Position numbers and translations under genes: made by a program. From assembly GCF_006345805.1 (NCBI RefSeq), contig NC_043003.1, positions 74,338,001 through 74,402,000 on the forward strand: 64,000 nt of DNA, written 5' to 3'. This DNA comes from Octopus sinensis (Eukaryota). Shown here piece after piece: positions 25,976-41,090 of the stretch (position 1 is its first letter; every line of letters begins with the position of its first letter). The notes under the pieces were generated by a model that was not told where the DNA came from, searched no databases, and saw nothing but the letters and a program-made list of their open reading frames with translations.

Positions 25976-28900
25976 AATAAATATACAGTTGTAATGCATA
26001 TGTTTGTGTATCAATTTTCAGACGTGTATTCACAATTTTTATATTGGGTTTCGCATATTTGTATCCCGCTGTCACCTTGTTGGTGTGAGCTGCTCTCTTA
26101 TTCAATAACACCACCACCAACAGCAACAATAGCAGCAGCAGCAACAACAACAACAACAATAGCAGCAGCAACAACAACAACAACAACAGCAACAATAATA
26201 ATAATAATAATAATAACAATAATAATGATAACTGTTATCACTAGTTGATTAATTCGGTTGGCTAAATATCTATCCATCGAGATATCATATGTTTAAAACT
26301 TATTTTATGCAGTCAAAATTGAACTGATTTTGTAGAACAGTATAAACAGCTAATAACAATCTAGCCCGCTTGGCTACTGTACTGGATATCGCTACAGCCC
26401 CCTTAAGAAATGATAACTAACTAGCTTAATTATTTCTCAAGTAAATAAATAAAGAGTATTGTAGATGAATAGATACATGAAAGAGGAAAATCATTGCCAA
26501 TTCTCACAAATAGAATTGGACATTTTTTCGACTAAGATTTGTTACCACATTTAGTTAAGTCTCAAGGATTTTTTTTTTCTTTCTGTGAAAGAATTATGTG
26601 CGGCATTCTATTTTAAAGTAGACTGCATTAGATAAGTAATCTTATCTTATTCTGGAAATATCTTTCTTAGCGAATCTACTTTAGAGATAACTGAATCAAC
26701 AGACATTTCTGCTATACACGAGAGGACGGTAAAATTGACTAGAATTACCTGTCGCATTCAATACAGCGTACTTAAGAGTGTATTCTTACTGTACTACCGC
26801 AGTGCGAAACACTTTTACTCTGATCTAAAGCAGAAATTCTTATCTCTAAAATCAACAATTCTCTGCCATTTACTATCTGTTTCACTCTTTTGTTTTTATT
26901 TTTACATTAATAAAATCGTATATAATTTTTTTTTCTATTTTCACAATCGTATCGTTTTAGTATTTGTTTTATTTTTAGGATATCCGCTAGATTAAAACTA
27001 TTACGATTCGCACGTGTTTATATAAATTGCTACTTTATTTTAATCCAGTGCACAAAGAATACCAAATATAGAGTGAAAGAAAGGAAGAGGGAAATGGATG
27101 GAGACACACTGTCTGAAAAGAAGGAGGCAGGGATTAGGGCCACTTGGCAAGACTATCATGGGAAGGTGAATTCAAAAATAGCAGGTTTTTAATTTACTTT
27201 TCTTTGAAATAATTTACGCCTGTAATTCAGATAGAAGTTATCACTAGTTCTTTAAAAAATTGTTTCTTATTACGTGAATAACGTGTCGGATAAATTTTTC
27301 GTGCGTTTCTAATTTTGTTTATACCCATTATCAATGGATATATCCAGCTGAAATATCAACGAGTAAGAGTTTCCGTCTTATTCCTGGAGAGGCACTAATG
27401 GTATCTGGTTATAGAAAAGTATATAGCTTGTCGAAGTTAAAAGAATACGCGCTGCTCTAATCACATATATTTTCGACAGGAACTATTTTATATGTAGACG
27501 AATATTTAATAAAATTATAAACTCAGCTATAATATAGAATTAGATTTAGGTACAAGTATACATCACCGTTCAAATTTGAAGTTGATTATCTAACATAACA
27601 TATTCTGAAGTGCACATTAAGTTAAATAATAGTGTTCAGAGCAACATATAATTACTATTTATTTCTTACTTTAAAGCGTTTATATATGAAGCTGTATTAT
27701 ATTCTGAAATAATTAAATATTAATGAGCTGTGGAAACTAAAGATAATACATATCAGCATATTATATACGTACATGAATCTACCATTTAATATTTCCAAAT
27801 GATGATATATCGTTGACCAAAATAGGAAATAAGTCAATAATTTAAAAATAAGTAAAGCACATCAGAAGAACTGATTAGAATCATTACTGAATTAACAGCA
27901 TATTTAGAGACGAAATAATTTTCAGTGTTTATATGTATACTCCATTTAGAAGTACATGCAAATTTGAAATTCATCATTCATTGAACACTGGCTAAATATG
28001 GGAAAATTCTTTATAAGATTAGCCAGGCTCTGTATGGAGGGAGATGATAAATCAGAATGTTAGGTGAGTTTGACTGGAGATCATAAGCTACTAGCTAATT
28101 AACACGAAAAAAAAAAACGTTACGACATTTATAGCATATCCAGAGGGAGGATATTGCGCCCTATCGCACCAAGATTTGGAATGTGCTTTCAAATTGACAA
28201 GGAATTTCCCACTTATGTGGCATGCGTTCAGCAATGCTCATACGACACAAATCTTTCGCGTGAGAGCGAAAGCTGGTGGGTTATCAAATCAGGCACATAA
28301 AATTATTGGTCTTTAAACAAATTATCTCAAAGTGGAGGAACACATTTTCCATGACAATAGAGAGGAATGTTCCAGTATACTCAATTCAGATGATGATGTG
28401 CTCGTAAATGCTGAAAACTGAGCTTTCTCATTGTACTGTATTATACGGTCACCGTCGGAACTACTTTACATTAAATTACAGGGTTTGGAAAAATAACAGG
28501 TTTATACATTGATTCGAAACACCGCATTATAACATCAGAAAATTATTTTTAAGTAACAATCGCAATTTCGGTAAATTGGGTAATGATATTAGCAAATAAA
28601 ATTATATGAAAACATCCCTCGCATTTTCGACGAATTACCGAAATCCATTTAGAATTGTTCGTGAACACATTCAAAGTGACCGATTTAGAGTAGCAGAGAG
28701 ACAGAAGTGAAGAAAATAGAGTGAGATAAGTGAGAAAATTGAACAGGACGTAATCATTCTCTATTTACTATCAGGTGATGTTACTGTAAAATCCGCCAAA
28801 TACGGAGAATCTACGACACGACGTCACCAACTCCAGCTAGGAGAGAGGTAAATTGTGGCAATTTACTCCCGTATTCTTTCCTTAGTCCACTCTTGTTCTT

Positions 28901-29287
28901 TCACTGAATTTCTTCGACCTATAGACAGCAACAATCGTTCAACGAAATTTGTACTATGATATAACTTAGTTGCTTTTTTCTCCTTTGGATTGCCGTGACG
29001 AATGCTAGATTTTAACTGTAAACAAACGATGAATTGAAACCGAACGACTAAATCTTCACCTTCCATTTTATTCTAATTGTGATCAGTATTTTTCACTTTG
29101 AAACTGGTGCTGCCTTCAACGTGGTGCGAATACGCAACCTTCATAGTGTTATAGGGTGGTTGCTTGCGAACCAGCAATTTTGAAAAGCTATGAGAGTACA
29201 TTTTCACCCTTCACAATTAAGTATACATGTAATACATAGATGCACGCATGCAGAGAGATAATCACGCAGGAACAAATACATATGTTC

Positions 29288-29332
<45 letters not shown>

Positions 29333-30045
29333 ATATTATACCCCCTAAATGAAATGTTTCGTGCGTTTGAATTGATGTTATATGCACACCTCAGCAAAAT
29401 AGTAAAATAATTAATGGCATTTAAATGTCAGCGGCCTTGAAATTAGTTATTCCATTGATTGGTCAGGTTATAGGCATGTATTTTGTCACCTGATAGTAAC
29501 GTGATTAATAATCTTGTTCAAAATTTCCGTTGATATTAAGTATATAGTAACCGTTTAGATTAAATGTATACGTGGGTGTATATGTGTGTGCGTGTTTCAT
29601 GTTTCTAAATATTCATTATTTATTGTTCTATTTTTCTGTACGTTTCCGGTTTCAATTATTTAAAAATATTTAAACTCCTGCGCTGGCATTTCCTGTAATT
29701 ACACTGCTTTTAGGGGAAACGCTTTTCATACTTAAAATATTCATTATTGAAATATTAGATCAGACTGCAAAAAAGGCACAATGATTCAATTTTTTTTAAG
29801 AGTAAACATCGATACAAAAATTTAAAGTTCATGAACTGGCAAAAACACAATTGCATAAAAGTGCCAATGTGAAAGTGGAGATAAAGGAGGTAATTGTCTA
29901 TAAATCTGTAGTATATATGAGTAAATAATGCCATTTAGAATGCAATAAAAGAAAATATGTGTTGACTGGTGTAACACAAAGGTGGTCTGATCACCTTCAC
30001 GTTATAAAGCAATGCTTTGACCATACCGTGTTTCCATGTCGTCAT

Positions 30046-30428
30046 ATTCTTTTACTCTTTTACTCTTTAGCTTGTTTCAATCGTTTGACTGTAGCCATGC
30101 TGGAGCACCTCCTTTAGTCGAGAAAATCAACCCAGGACTTATTCTCTGTAAGTCTAATACTTATTCTATCGGTCACTTTTGCCGAAGCGCTATGTTCCGG
30201 TGACGTAAGCACACCAGCATCGGTTGTGAAGCGATGCTGTGGGGAAAAACATATAAACACACGTACATATATACGACCGGCTTCTTTCAGTTTCCGTCTA
30301 CCAAATCCACTCACAAGGCTTTGGTCGACCCGAGGCTATAATAGAAGGCACTTGCCAAAGGTGCCACGCAGTGGGACTAAACCCGGAACCATGTGGTTGG
30401 TAAACAAGCTACTTAGCACACAGCCACT
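30046..30428 (-). mobile_element. tRNA-derived SINE family C, full length
   Basis: Minus strand: AGTGGCTGTGCTAAGTAGCTTG...GGTTCCGGGTTTAGTCCCACTGCGTGGCACCTT head and a (GAGTAAAA)n tail. Confidence 0.9.
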
Positions 30429-31749
30429 AACATTGTTTAAGAAAAAAAAATCGAAATGTTTCAATGTATCTTCATTATTTTAAACAAGCTGATATTCCCT
30501 CCTTTCAGTTTTCGTGACAAAGTCATCAAATCGCTTTTGATGACGCAGAGCACCGGATCTAGCTGAAAGGCAAACACTTGACCAACCCAATAACCCCATT
30601 GCTTGGATTGTTGCCGAAGTTTTGTGTGGTTACGTGGTGAATATAGCTCCTTTCGAAATTCTTTTTTTCTGTCGCTTTCTGTTAATAGATATTGGATCTT
30701 TTTTTAGTATCATAATGTACCAGTCGCAGTTTATGACTTATCAACGTTACAGAAAATCGCATTAAATGACACAATGCTATCCTCGATAAAAAGTCATCAT
30801 AAATTTTGTACTGATTTCTAGCTGAACAACTACTTACGCTTAGGAGAGAATGTGTGGCGTAATTCGATGGATTTAGCCTTTCTTTGTGGGCCATAAAATT
30901 GTCTTCTTCAATAGCTTCAAACGCTTCCTAACTATCGAGTTACCCATTTTGCACATGCATAACGATACACTAAGTCGTCCAACATTATCTGCAATGCACT
31001 GTGATTGCAATCCAGTTTTGCAGTAATAACATGGATAATCATACTAATGTCCGTGCGAATCAATTCGTCCACAATCCAGTTATTCTTCTGCAGTCATAAT
31101 AGATAGTCTACTTTCTCTTTGATGTATGTTTTCTTTTCCTTACATTCGAAGCATCATATATTGAAATTACTCTTGCCAAAGATATCAACACTACAAAATC
31201 TATAACCTTTTATAAAATTCGGTCGGATTGCATGTCTCCATACGCACTTTCGGGAAAATATAATACCATCATGTTTGAGCTTAGAACTACTTAGCTGCTA
31301 GAAATGAAGAATAGAAAGAACAGTTACTGTTGAGAAAGTTATTCAGTCAACCCGTAAATGTTGAAGGACATTTTGCATTACTTTCGGGACGGAAATCCTC
31401 GTTCCATGCTTTGTGTGCATACATGTGTTGTTCCGTGTGCGCGTGAATATACATATATCTACATGACTGAGTGTGTCTGAGTGTGTGAGTGTTTGTGAGC
31501 GTGTGTGTATATATGTGTGTGTGTGTGCGCGCGTGATCGTGTCCCCAACAAGAGTGCGGCGGGGGAAGTATGATTTTGTCCATTCCCGTAAATTAGCGGT
31601 ACAAAAGTAAAGATAGATAGAACAAGGACCTAGCCTTAAAAACAAAAGTACCTGCATGTTTTTGCGCGAATAAAAGAATTATTGTGGCGCCACTGTATAG
31701 TTGCATCTCAAAGAGTGAAACAACACAAGATACATACATAAAATATCTC

Positions 31750-33010
31750 TTATTGTTATTCAGCCTACTCACAGCTAAATAAATGTCATTTAGAGTTGCT
31801 TCAAATGCCATCTTCTCTATAACTTGAAGGCATTCGATTTTTTCTACCATCCTCATGTCAACGGATGATGGTCTATTCAAAAGTGCAGAAAAATATTCTA
31901 ACCAATGCTTATGAATATAGGCAGAGCCAGTCAAAAGCAAATGTCCATTAGCTGCTCTGACTGGAGCTATTGAAGAATATTTTGATTCCCCTACCCCCTT
32001 AACATAAAAGTACAAACCCTTGGCATAATTTCTATCAGCTGCTTCTTGTACTCCTTTTGTTCTGTCATTTCACCATTCCTATATAATTTCCCTTCGAGCA
32101 GTCTGCACTTTCCCTTTCATCAGTGAGACATTGTCGATGTATAAATGCTAACAACGGTATACAACCTAATTTTGTCAGTTTTATATGGCATGACATGGAT
32201 CGTTTAGATATACCACTTGGAAATTCTGCAATAGAGGATACTAATAAATCCCTGAGAGCAAACCCAACACCAGATTCTCTACGCTGATCCTCAGGTAAGC
32301 CTCTACAGAAGAGAGTATATCCATACGTAGTTTCATTTATTTGATCCTCAGCAGAGAGATGAGTTTCAGAGAGAGCAACTATATCAAGGGAATATGTTTT
32401 AAGCTCACATGTAATATGTGACGTACGATTTTCTGGCATCTTGTTGAAATTATCATCTAGAAGTGCTGGTACATTTCAACGGCAAAAGTTCACATGATGT
32501 TTTTTTTTTTCTCGAAGATATGACCACGACAGCAGGATGACGATCGGGTCAATCCTGTGACACATTGGGACACCTGCCGCTGCAGAACTTATCCGCTGAA
32601 GATCCCAAGCCCTTTTTTGCAACTTACCGAATTTGTATGAGATATTTCAAGGTAAGTAGCAAGTGACTTTTTATGTTTCTGTCAACCAAGTCAATGACTC
32701 TACTGAGATTTGTTGTACAAGTAGTACCTGTGGAGATGAATAATTTTCCGTGGATGTAGCTCGTACTGCACTACTCCCACCTATTGGCCCAAGAAGACGT
32801 TCGGGCGTGTGACATGAGAACTGACAACACCGAGAACTTCCCAGGCCTCGGGTTTTATTTTGGAGATTTCCTTGTAGCTAGATTACTAACTAAGGTTAAA
32901 GAGTTTCTAACTGCCCATGAGCTAGGCTATCCCGTGCCAGACACAAAACCGACACTCAAGCACTCAGTAGAGTGGTTAAATATCGTTCCGGTGTCCGAGG
33001 TAGAGCAGTT
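31750..33010 (-). mobile_element. RTE-clade (BovB-like) LINE: 5' UTR, APE N-terminus and pre-RT linker; internally deleted and 3'-truncated
   Basis: ORF 32065-32439: PENRTSHITCELKTYSLDIVALSETH...GYTLF...RESGVGFA. ORF 31593-32015: APVRAANG...WLEYFSALLNRPSSV...AVSRLNNNK. Confidence 0.9.
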
Positions 33011-33395
33011 CATTCATATATACATACATACATACACACAAACATACATACATACATGCATACATCATACATAAGAAAATAAAAATAAAAAACGATATAT
33101 TCATATTTACACATATTTGTTGGATAGCCGTTGACTACAGATGACTTCTTCGACCCTTTGACGGGTCTGACTTTTAGTCCCGCAGCGCATCCAACGATCA
33201 CCATCCTCACCAAGCAAGCTTGGTGGGTTTGCCGATGTAACAGGTTGTACTGGGTTACATGTCAACAGTAGCGAACAAGAGCAACTAATATCAATCAAGA
33301 ACGATATGACTAGTGTGTGTGTGTGTGTTTATTTGTTTGTTTGTGCTTTGTGTATGAATGTACGACTGAAAAGATGCACATTTGGAATGTGATCA

Positions 33396-34425
33396 AATGA
33401 GGTTTAATGTTTGTCATAGTTGCCCTTACGGTACAAACACTTCTTCCACCAGTGATGCAGTGATTGGATCACATTGGTTGAGAAACTTTTATTCTGTTGC
33501 TCATCACTATCCTCAACAGTAGATATGACGTTATTATCACTGTGATACGGTTTTTTCCTATTGGGGTACATTTGACAGCTAAATATGACCAAATCAGAAG
33601 AAATGGGGATATGATAACCAGTCAAAAGCTACAGTCAGACACAGTAGACAATGAAACCAAGGAATTGTGTGCTGGAGTATTGCCCTAATAAAATAAGACC
33701 CCATTTATCAATTTTGCTGGGCCTTTAACTGCCTGAACAAATTTGCATCCTAAGAAAGTGTGATTATCGTCTTCCCTACAGCTGGAACGACTTTGGCCTT
33801 CTTTGGAGTGGGTGAGAATGGGTGTTCGCAATGCATCGATAGTGTCATTGTCTTTGGCTTAAAATAATGAAGCCAACATTGATCCTGGTTCAGGAAACGT
33901 TCAAGGAAACCTAGAAGTGTCAGACATTTTGGTGCTCTCCGAGTAGAACAAATTCGGCATGCCTAGCTCGTTGTGCAGAATATATTCTAAATTTTTGCAT
34001 GGTTTATTCTAATAGCATTGTCTCTTTGATTCATAGTAAATTACCTGCCATCCACCGTAATATTTTCGTCGGTGGTGGCACTTTCAAGATGGCCAAACCT
34101 TGGGCCATCTTCACAACTCTCTCTCTTCTCCTCCTAAATTCAGCTACCTACTTTTGCACAGTCGATAAAGATGGAGCATCATCCCTTAACGTCATCATGA
34201 ATGTTGTTGGTGGCTAAACCCTTTTGTGCAGGTACTTGATAACACTATAATGCCAAATGTTATCGCTACAAGTTACACTGGAAGTCATCTTCAACAGTCA
34301 GATGTCAGTTTACCTGTAAAGTAACAATTCATTTATCAATAAGATGGGTGGTACTTAATGCATGCAAGGTTTTGCAGCTTCGGCATCCTTCCTTCATAGT
34401 CACCGCTGAACTTTACAACCTAATC
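33396..34425 (-). mobile_element. Decayed mariner transposon
   Basis: HIPISSDL (cf. HPPYSPDL) and VIQSLHHWWKKCLYRKGNYDK (cf. GIQALxxRWxKCVxxxGDYVEK). Upstream sequence extends to about 34425. Confidence 0.85.
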
Positions 34426-34439
34426 TCTTATATAATTTA

Positions 34440-34640
34440 ACTTTTACTGTATTCAGTCACTAGGCTGTAGACATGCTCTGGCACCACCTTGGAAAACATT
34501 AGTTAAGCAAAACGATCGCAGTGCGTTGCTGTTTAAAGCTTGCTACTTATTATATCGGCTTCTGTTGCTGAAGCGGTATGTTACGGGACCGTAATCACAC
34601 CAACACCGGTTGGTGGGGGACATACAGACACAAAAAACAC
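34440..34640 (-). mobile_element. SINE family C, 3' half
   Basis: CTTTTACT...GGCTGTAGACATGCTCTGGCACCACC...ACACCAACACCGGTTG. Confidence 0.7.
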
Positions 34641-35879
34641 ACGCACACATATATGTATGTATAAATACATACACACACAGAGACATATTTATATATATAT
34701 TTTAATTGTATATACATATACATACTGATTTGGGAAGTTCTCTGGCATATGTGTGTGCATCTTTGTCTGTGGATATGTGTGTGTATCTGCACATTTGTGC
34801 GTGTGTATATATGTATGCGTATAATTAAAAGAGATTAATACCCACAAACAGTTCTGAGATGCAGAAACAATAGTTACACTAATCCATAGGAATGGCGAAG
34901 CACATATAAAGCGGAACATATAATAGCCACACATATATATCGATGTATATAAATATAAATAACTGCATATTTAGACAAAACGTAAGATTTATATAATTCC
35001 CTTGGTGAACATCGATTTTGTCCATATCCTTTGTTGTTTTTGAATGAGTCTCTGAAAATATCAATTAAATTCCTTGTTTATTCCTCTCATTTCTTTTGTG
35101 GTTAGCAATCAATATAATTCCATTTGGTAGTTTAGCGTACATACTCATTTAAATTTGACCTGTTGTAACGCAATCCCCATCACCATTTATACATTCTTAT
35201 GTTTTCACTTTGTATACAAGTGGCAGATAATTGCAACGGCTAAATCGATATGTTTCAGTTTGATTAAAAGCCTTTCATATCACTATGTACATATCTGTGT
35301 AAGTGTGGTATATGCGTGTGTGTATCTCTCGCCCTCTTTCTCACTCTCTTTTTCTCACCCCCTTTCACTCTCTGTCACCCTCTTGCACTCTCTCGCTCTC
35401 TTTTTCTCTTTCTCTCACCCCTTGTCTCCTCCTCCTCTCTCTCTCTCTCTGTAAGTATATGTGTGTTTCGGTTTTGTGTGTCACTGAATATCTAAGTAAT
35501 CACCCTGGCTATCTTTAGAAGAATTTATTTCGCGAATACAATTGATTATTTTTTTTAAAATATCATTACCATCATCGCCACAACCACTTCCACCACCATT
35601 ATCATGATGAAGATGTTGATGATGATGATTATGATTATGATCATCACCAGCATCATCATCATCATCATTCATTTAATTTGAATAAACCTCAGATATGATG
35701 TGGTATCCAATTTAATTTAAATATTTGAAGCGAAAATGCATATAAAAGGGACATTTTCGCATAACTACGTACTCTGGAAATGAGTAATCTCGAGTTTTAG
35801 ATACGAATATATATTCATATTCTTTATATATTTTCTTTATATTCTGTGTGTATATATATATATAAATATAAATATATAT

Positions 35880-35928
<49 letters not shown>

Positions 35929-36189
35929 ATATATATAGACACGTACACACTCACACACCCAAACAACTAACGCACGCACGCACGCATTTATATATATATA
36001 CACATATTGCTAATATGCTTATGTAGATTTATGCGTGTTTATCTGTGTTTGTGCGAGTGAATATCTACGTATTATCTATATAAAATTATTGATTGTAAAA
36101 GATGCATGTTATCTTAGCGTTTTAAGTTTGTAGATGAGGATCGTATCCATATACCAACCACGTTTCCTTCAACATCGATGCAGTATTAT

Positions 36190-36595
36190 TCGCTTCTACT
36201 CTAAGCACAAGACCCGAAATTTTGGCGGAGGGTACCAGTCAATTAGATCCACCCTAGTACACAACTGGTACTTAATTTATCGAACCTGAAAACACTAAAG
36301 CCAATATCAACCTCGGTGGAATTTGAACTCAGAACACAAAGAGAGACGAAATATTGATGCCGTAATATTGTTTCTTGTACTAAGATGGTGAGCCGACTGA
36401 CATGTTAGCACACCGGGCGAAATGCTTTGTGCTATTTTGTCTGTCTTTACGTTCTGAGTGTAAATGCCACTGAAGTCGAATTTGCCTTTCATCTTTTCGA
36501 TGTCGATGAATTACGAAGCAGTTTTCACTGGGGTCGATCTAATCGACTGGTCCTTCCCAAAAATTTCAGGCCTTGGGCTTAGAGTAGAAAACAGT
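36190..36595. mobile_element. Head-to-head pair of SINE family B copies (-, +)
   Basis: CCTCGGTGGAATTTGAACTCAGAAC at 36311-36335 versus GTTCTGAGTGTAAATGCCACTGAAG at 36451-36475. Confidence 0.8.
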
Positions 36596-37474
36596 ATTGT
36601 TTCTTGTCCTTATCAACTGTTTCTGTTTAACAATAATACTTTGTTGGGTGCATAAAATGGTAAAACCATGCATGTATGATGTTTGTAGTAAAAAAGAAAA
36701 TTTGGCAAACTATGTTATGTGGGACTTACTACAAATTTGAAAAATGCTAAACCGTCGTTCTGCTTTTTAACAATTATCATATCCTGGCATCTGAAGGTAG
36801 AGATACGATATTTTGACCAAAAGAACTGGCTATTGCAAGGAAAATTAAATGTTGAAATCAACGCATTTGGCCAAATTTTGACATACGGCAGTTTAACATA
36901 ATAGCAACGATATGTAAGAAAAATTAAAAACGTAGTCACATGTGTGTATGAGTGTGTGTTCGTGTGTGATGTATGTTTACATATATATATATATAAGTGT
37001 ATATGTAGACATGTATATGTGTGTGGGGGTGCGTGTGTATGAGTGTGTATGTGTGTGTGTGTGGTGTGTGTGAGTGCGTATAAATGTATATATATGCGTG
37101 TATAAATTTGAAGGTGAGGCTGTGTATTGTTTCACTTGTCAGCGTCTGAATTGATGTTTACATCGGTTAAAGAGATTTTGTCGTCAATTGTCTGTTATCT
37201 CGACAACAGTTGGTGTTCGACAATAAACACCGATAGTATAAGAGCAAGTCAGGAATTAGCTGTGAATTCAATATGCTATACAGACATTTGGAAATGACGA
37301 TGCTCAAATATGACTAAAGGCTCCAGGCTGGAAGCTGTAAAATGTTAAACAAATTCAATTATAACACACTCTTTTACAATATGGAAAACTCATTATACTA
37401 ATTATCATTAGCACCATTAGCTTCCTCTTCATCACTGACAATATTTTCACCGTCATCATACCTATCATCATTTT

Positions 37475-38259
37475 TTCATCGTCATCATCGTCGTCTCCAT
37501 CATCATCATAATCATCATCATCATTATGGTCATCTTCCTCGTCATCAACTGCATCATCATCATCGTCACCCTCGTCGTCACCATCTTCATCCCTATCCTC
37601 CTCATCATCATCATCATTATCATTATCATCATCATGGTTAATTTCCTCGTCATCAACTGCATCATCGTCATCGTCATCGTCGTCCATTTCATCCCCATCC
37701 TCATCCCCATTATTATCACCATCATCCTCAACATTGTCGTCGTCGTCATCATCAACATCATCATCATCATCATCATCATCATCACCATCAGTAACAGTAT
37801 TTTCTTTAATTTTTCCAGTGATACCCCCACTTTTTAACTAACAATATTTTCATCATCATCTCCAGAATAGCACTCAATGTCATCATACCACTCTTCCCAG
37901 TCTTTTGCTATGATCTCCAAGAGAAGCAATATCCTTATTTTCCTCTTCCACCTCATCCTCCTCGTTGTCACCGTTTCATCAGAAGTAGTTCTCACCGTAT
38001 TCTGGACGTAAATATCATGTTTTCAGTGCAAATGAAATAACCATTGTCAACAATCTTGTTATCATTTTTATCATTCTCATTTTCGGCGATGTCGTTTTAC
38101 TTCTTCGTTATCATTGTTTATATTTGTCATCGTCTTCATTATTGTCGTCACAGTGATCATCATCACCATCGTCTTAATCACGTCTTTGCCACTACAGGTA
38201 CTACCTCCACCGCTGCCGCCAAATGCAGCAGCAGCAACACCAATTCTGCCACCACCGCC

Positions 38260-38292
<33 letters not shown>

Positions 38293-38385
38293 GTCGGCGT
38301 TATCATCATTATCATCATCATCATCATCATCATCATCGTCGCCGTTATCATCATAAGCAGCAGCAGCAGTGGCAGCAGCTACAGC
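37475..38385. repeat. Degenerate (CAT)n/(CAG)n trinucleotide tracts
   Basis: Directly visible; source of the poly-D/H/I/S ORFs. Confidence 0.9.
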
Positions 38386-39250
38386 ATCTTTCACGTCATC
38401 ACAGACAGCTTTTCCGAATGAGAAATTAATTTAATTTGAATGGAAAATTGCAAAGAAATTATGAGAAGCTTTCTAATGGATATTGACTTTCGGAAGCGCC
38501 AATTGAATTGTGACTGATTTCAATACACCAAAATTATCCCAACAATATATTCCTCCGCTTCTCCGTACTATCACATCTATGCTCTGCCTTCCCCTTCTCA
38601 CAATATGTCTCCCCCCCATAATACACTTTCCCCGTCTCCACGCATAACCCTCTTCTAATCAGCATATGTACACCCCTCATTCTCAGCTAATTTCTATTTG
38701 ATACCCACATTATGCCTAATTCATTCTATTTATAATTTTTGAATATTATTACAAATAGGAAAGAATATATTAAAGCATATGAAATCCTTCAATCATATTG
38801 AAATTTCAAATGATTTAATTAAATCGAAAATAAAATAAAAAGGTTTCAAAAATTCCTTTTATTGAAAATACAAGATTTTGAGGATTTTAAGTAGAAAATT
38901 ATGAAAAAAATAGGATAATTTTTCTTCTTCATTTTTAAAGAAAAATAAAATCATAATAAATATAGTTGAAGTAGCAAAGGAACGAAAAGAAGAAAAGCAG
39001 TTACAACAACAGCAACAATAACAACAACAGGTTAATCATAATTTGAAGCCAATAGCATCTACGGCAAACAACAATCAAAGCATATTACGAATTTGAAGTG
39101 TTTTGGCAATAGATTACTTTTTCTGACAGTTCTTTAGTAATGTTATTAATTAAAATATTTCACGTCTGAATGGTCTGGTCTGATGCAAGCTTCATTATGC
39201 ACCAATACTGACACGTAGATGTGGGGATTCACAGGAAATTTAATTCTCTC

Positions 39251-39371
<121 letters not shown>

Positions 39372-40499
39372 GCACACACACATACGTACGTGTATGTGTG
39401 GCGGCGGGTGTATGTGTGTCTATTAATATTACGAGTGATAGAGAGAGAAGGAGAGGATGAGACAGCTGGATAGATAGAGATATGTATGTAACTATGTTTG
39501 TACATGTGCGAGTCCATACACGCAGAAGTACAATTTTTCATTTTAATTCATTGTCCATACTGATACGTAATCATTGTTACCTATTCTCTGCGTCTTTCTG
39601 TTTTGTGCCCCAGATGCAAAATACTTCTTATCATCCGTCTATACAAAATCTCTTTTTCGTTAATCGTAGGTGATTACATCTCCTTTTTGTGGGAATGGTA
39701 ATCATTTTAAAACTCTATAACTGTGACTGATTAAGATAATGTATAACTTATCAATTCTCATCATATCCTTTATTATCTATTTAGTTGGTAGTCAATCTTT
39801 CTTTAACCGGAGATCCGCGTTGCTGTTTTTGTCTAGTTAATGAATATAAATGTTTCTGAGCCTATACATCATAGTAAATTCCTTTATATCTTGCTCATAT
39901 ATTTGGACTACAACGCCGTTTTATTCGAACGATGTAACTTACATTTGGTCAGAAATTGCAATAAACCTACAGTTATAAAATAAAATCCAATGAGACAGCA
40001 CTATTTCATTAAATATACATCTGGATATTTTATAAACTGCTAAGTTCCGTGAAAGTCATGTAATGAAGTTTAAAAAATTACGCTTTCAAAAATGTCTCAC
40101 TTTCTGTGATCTCGAAAATAGCTCAAATTATAAGCGTCTTACTGAGAGTTGAACTTTAATGTAAGGAGAAGAAACGATGCTGATACTTTTAGGCTGCGTC
40201 GAAATATTGTGTTGGCAAAATTCAAAGAAATGGGCATTGCCGATACACTTTTCTAACGAATCTTTACTGCATATTTCCAGATCTGCTCTTACATTTAGGG
40301 AACATACTCAAACGAATTTGGTTTCACACGTAATCAATTCTGGCATTTAATTAGATACATAATTACTTTGAACCGAGTATAAATCTGTTCATGTCACTTA
40401 TTCATTTTATATCACCTGTTGGTGGTAGGTTCACTTTTGTTGCTCAGCAAAGTATCTTCTTGCATGTGGTGAAAACATTAACATTTAAACGATCGAATC

Positions 40500-41090
40500 T
40501 TCAAGATGTAAGAAATTAAAGTCACGCAAAGCGGAAAGCAGAAGCCTTAAAGTGTCAGATAAATTAGATACAGCTACATTGAGTGTAAATATTGTGGAAA
40601 ATATTGAAGAAATTTCAAGATGCCTCAGAGAAGCAAAATTCACTGCTCTCTTTGAAGCACACGGTTTGTGGTATTGTAAGCATTAGGATCGGTTCGAAGA
40701 GAAAGAACACAAGTTTAAATATGTATTAAATGCAATGCATAGTTCAGAGTAAAATGTGAAGCGAAAAGGAAGACTTATCTTGATCAAGCACTTTCTGTAT
40801 AAAAATTATTTACAACATATGAAAGAAATATGGTAACAGGAAAGAAACGGCACAGGAAACTGCGATTAAATCTGCAGCAGATATTAAGTCCTGTGAAGGT
40901 TTTATACAGCGTTATTTCTATATTCCAGCCCCTTCTATGAATGATGCCGATATCACTCATTCATGAAATTGCATGAAAATTTAATATCTGAGATTACCTA
41001 TGCGTGGATGAACGAAAGAAATTTATATAAAATTCTGATTCGGAGGTGTGTTTTATAGCAGTTATATGAATATGGCGCTGTAAAAATATG
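40500..41090 (+). mobile_element. Heavily decayed pogo/Tigger (CENP-B-like) transposase relic
   Basis: Fragments in order: LKVSDKLD (about 40547, cf. LTxxxKLE), KKRH / SAADIKSCE (about 40841-40897, cf. FKKRH...ASADxxAAE), MNERNLYKILIRRCV (about 41008, cf. DETGLFYKLLPRRT). Confidence 0.45.

Noticed and set aside
28775-28847. 73-nt candidate exon (TATCAG|GTGATG...GAGAG|GTAAAT; GDVTVKSAKYGESTTRRHQLQLGE)
   Set aside because: Plausible splice sites, but no recognisable homology or partner exons; needs RNA-seq.
30682-31250. piggyBac-like relic (LSRIALCHLMRF...)
   Set aside because: One weak motif only; no TTAA/TIR or catalytic motifs found.
32900-33010. HDV-like ribozyme in the RTE 5' UTR (GACAC...GTGTC-GG-hairpin on the minus strand)
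   Set aside because: I could not assemble P2, P3 and J4/2 convincingly by eye; a descriptor search would be needed.
37355-38429. Poly-Asp/His/Ser/Ile ORFs up to 125 aa
   Set aside because: Translations of (CAT)n/(CAG)n tracts, open in several frames on both strands, with no unique domain.
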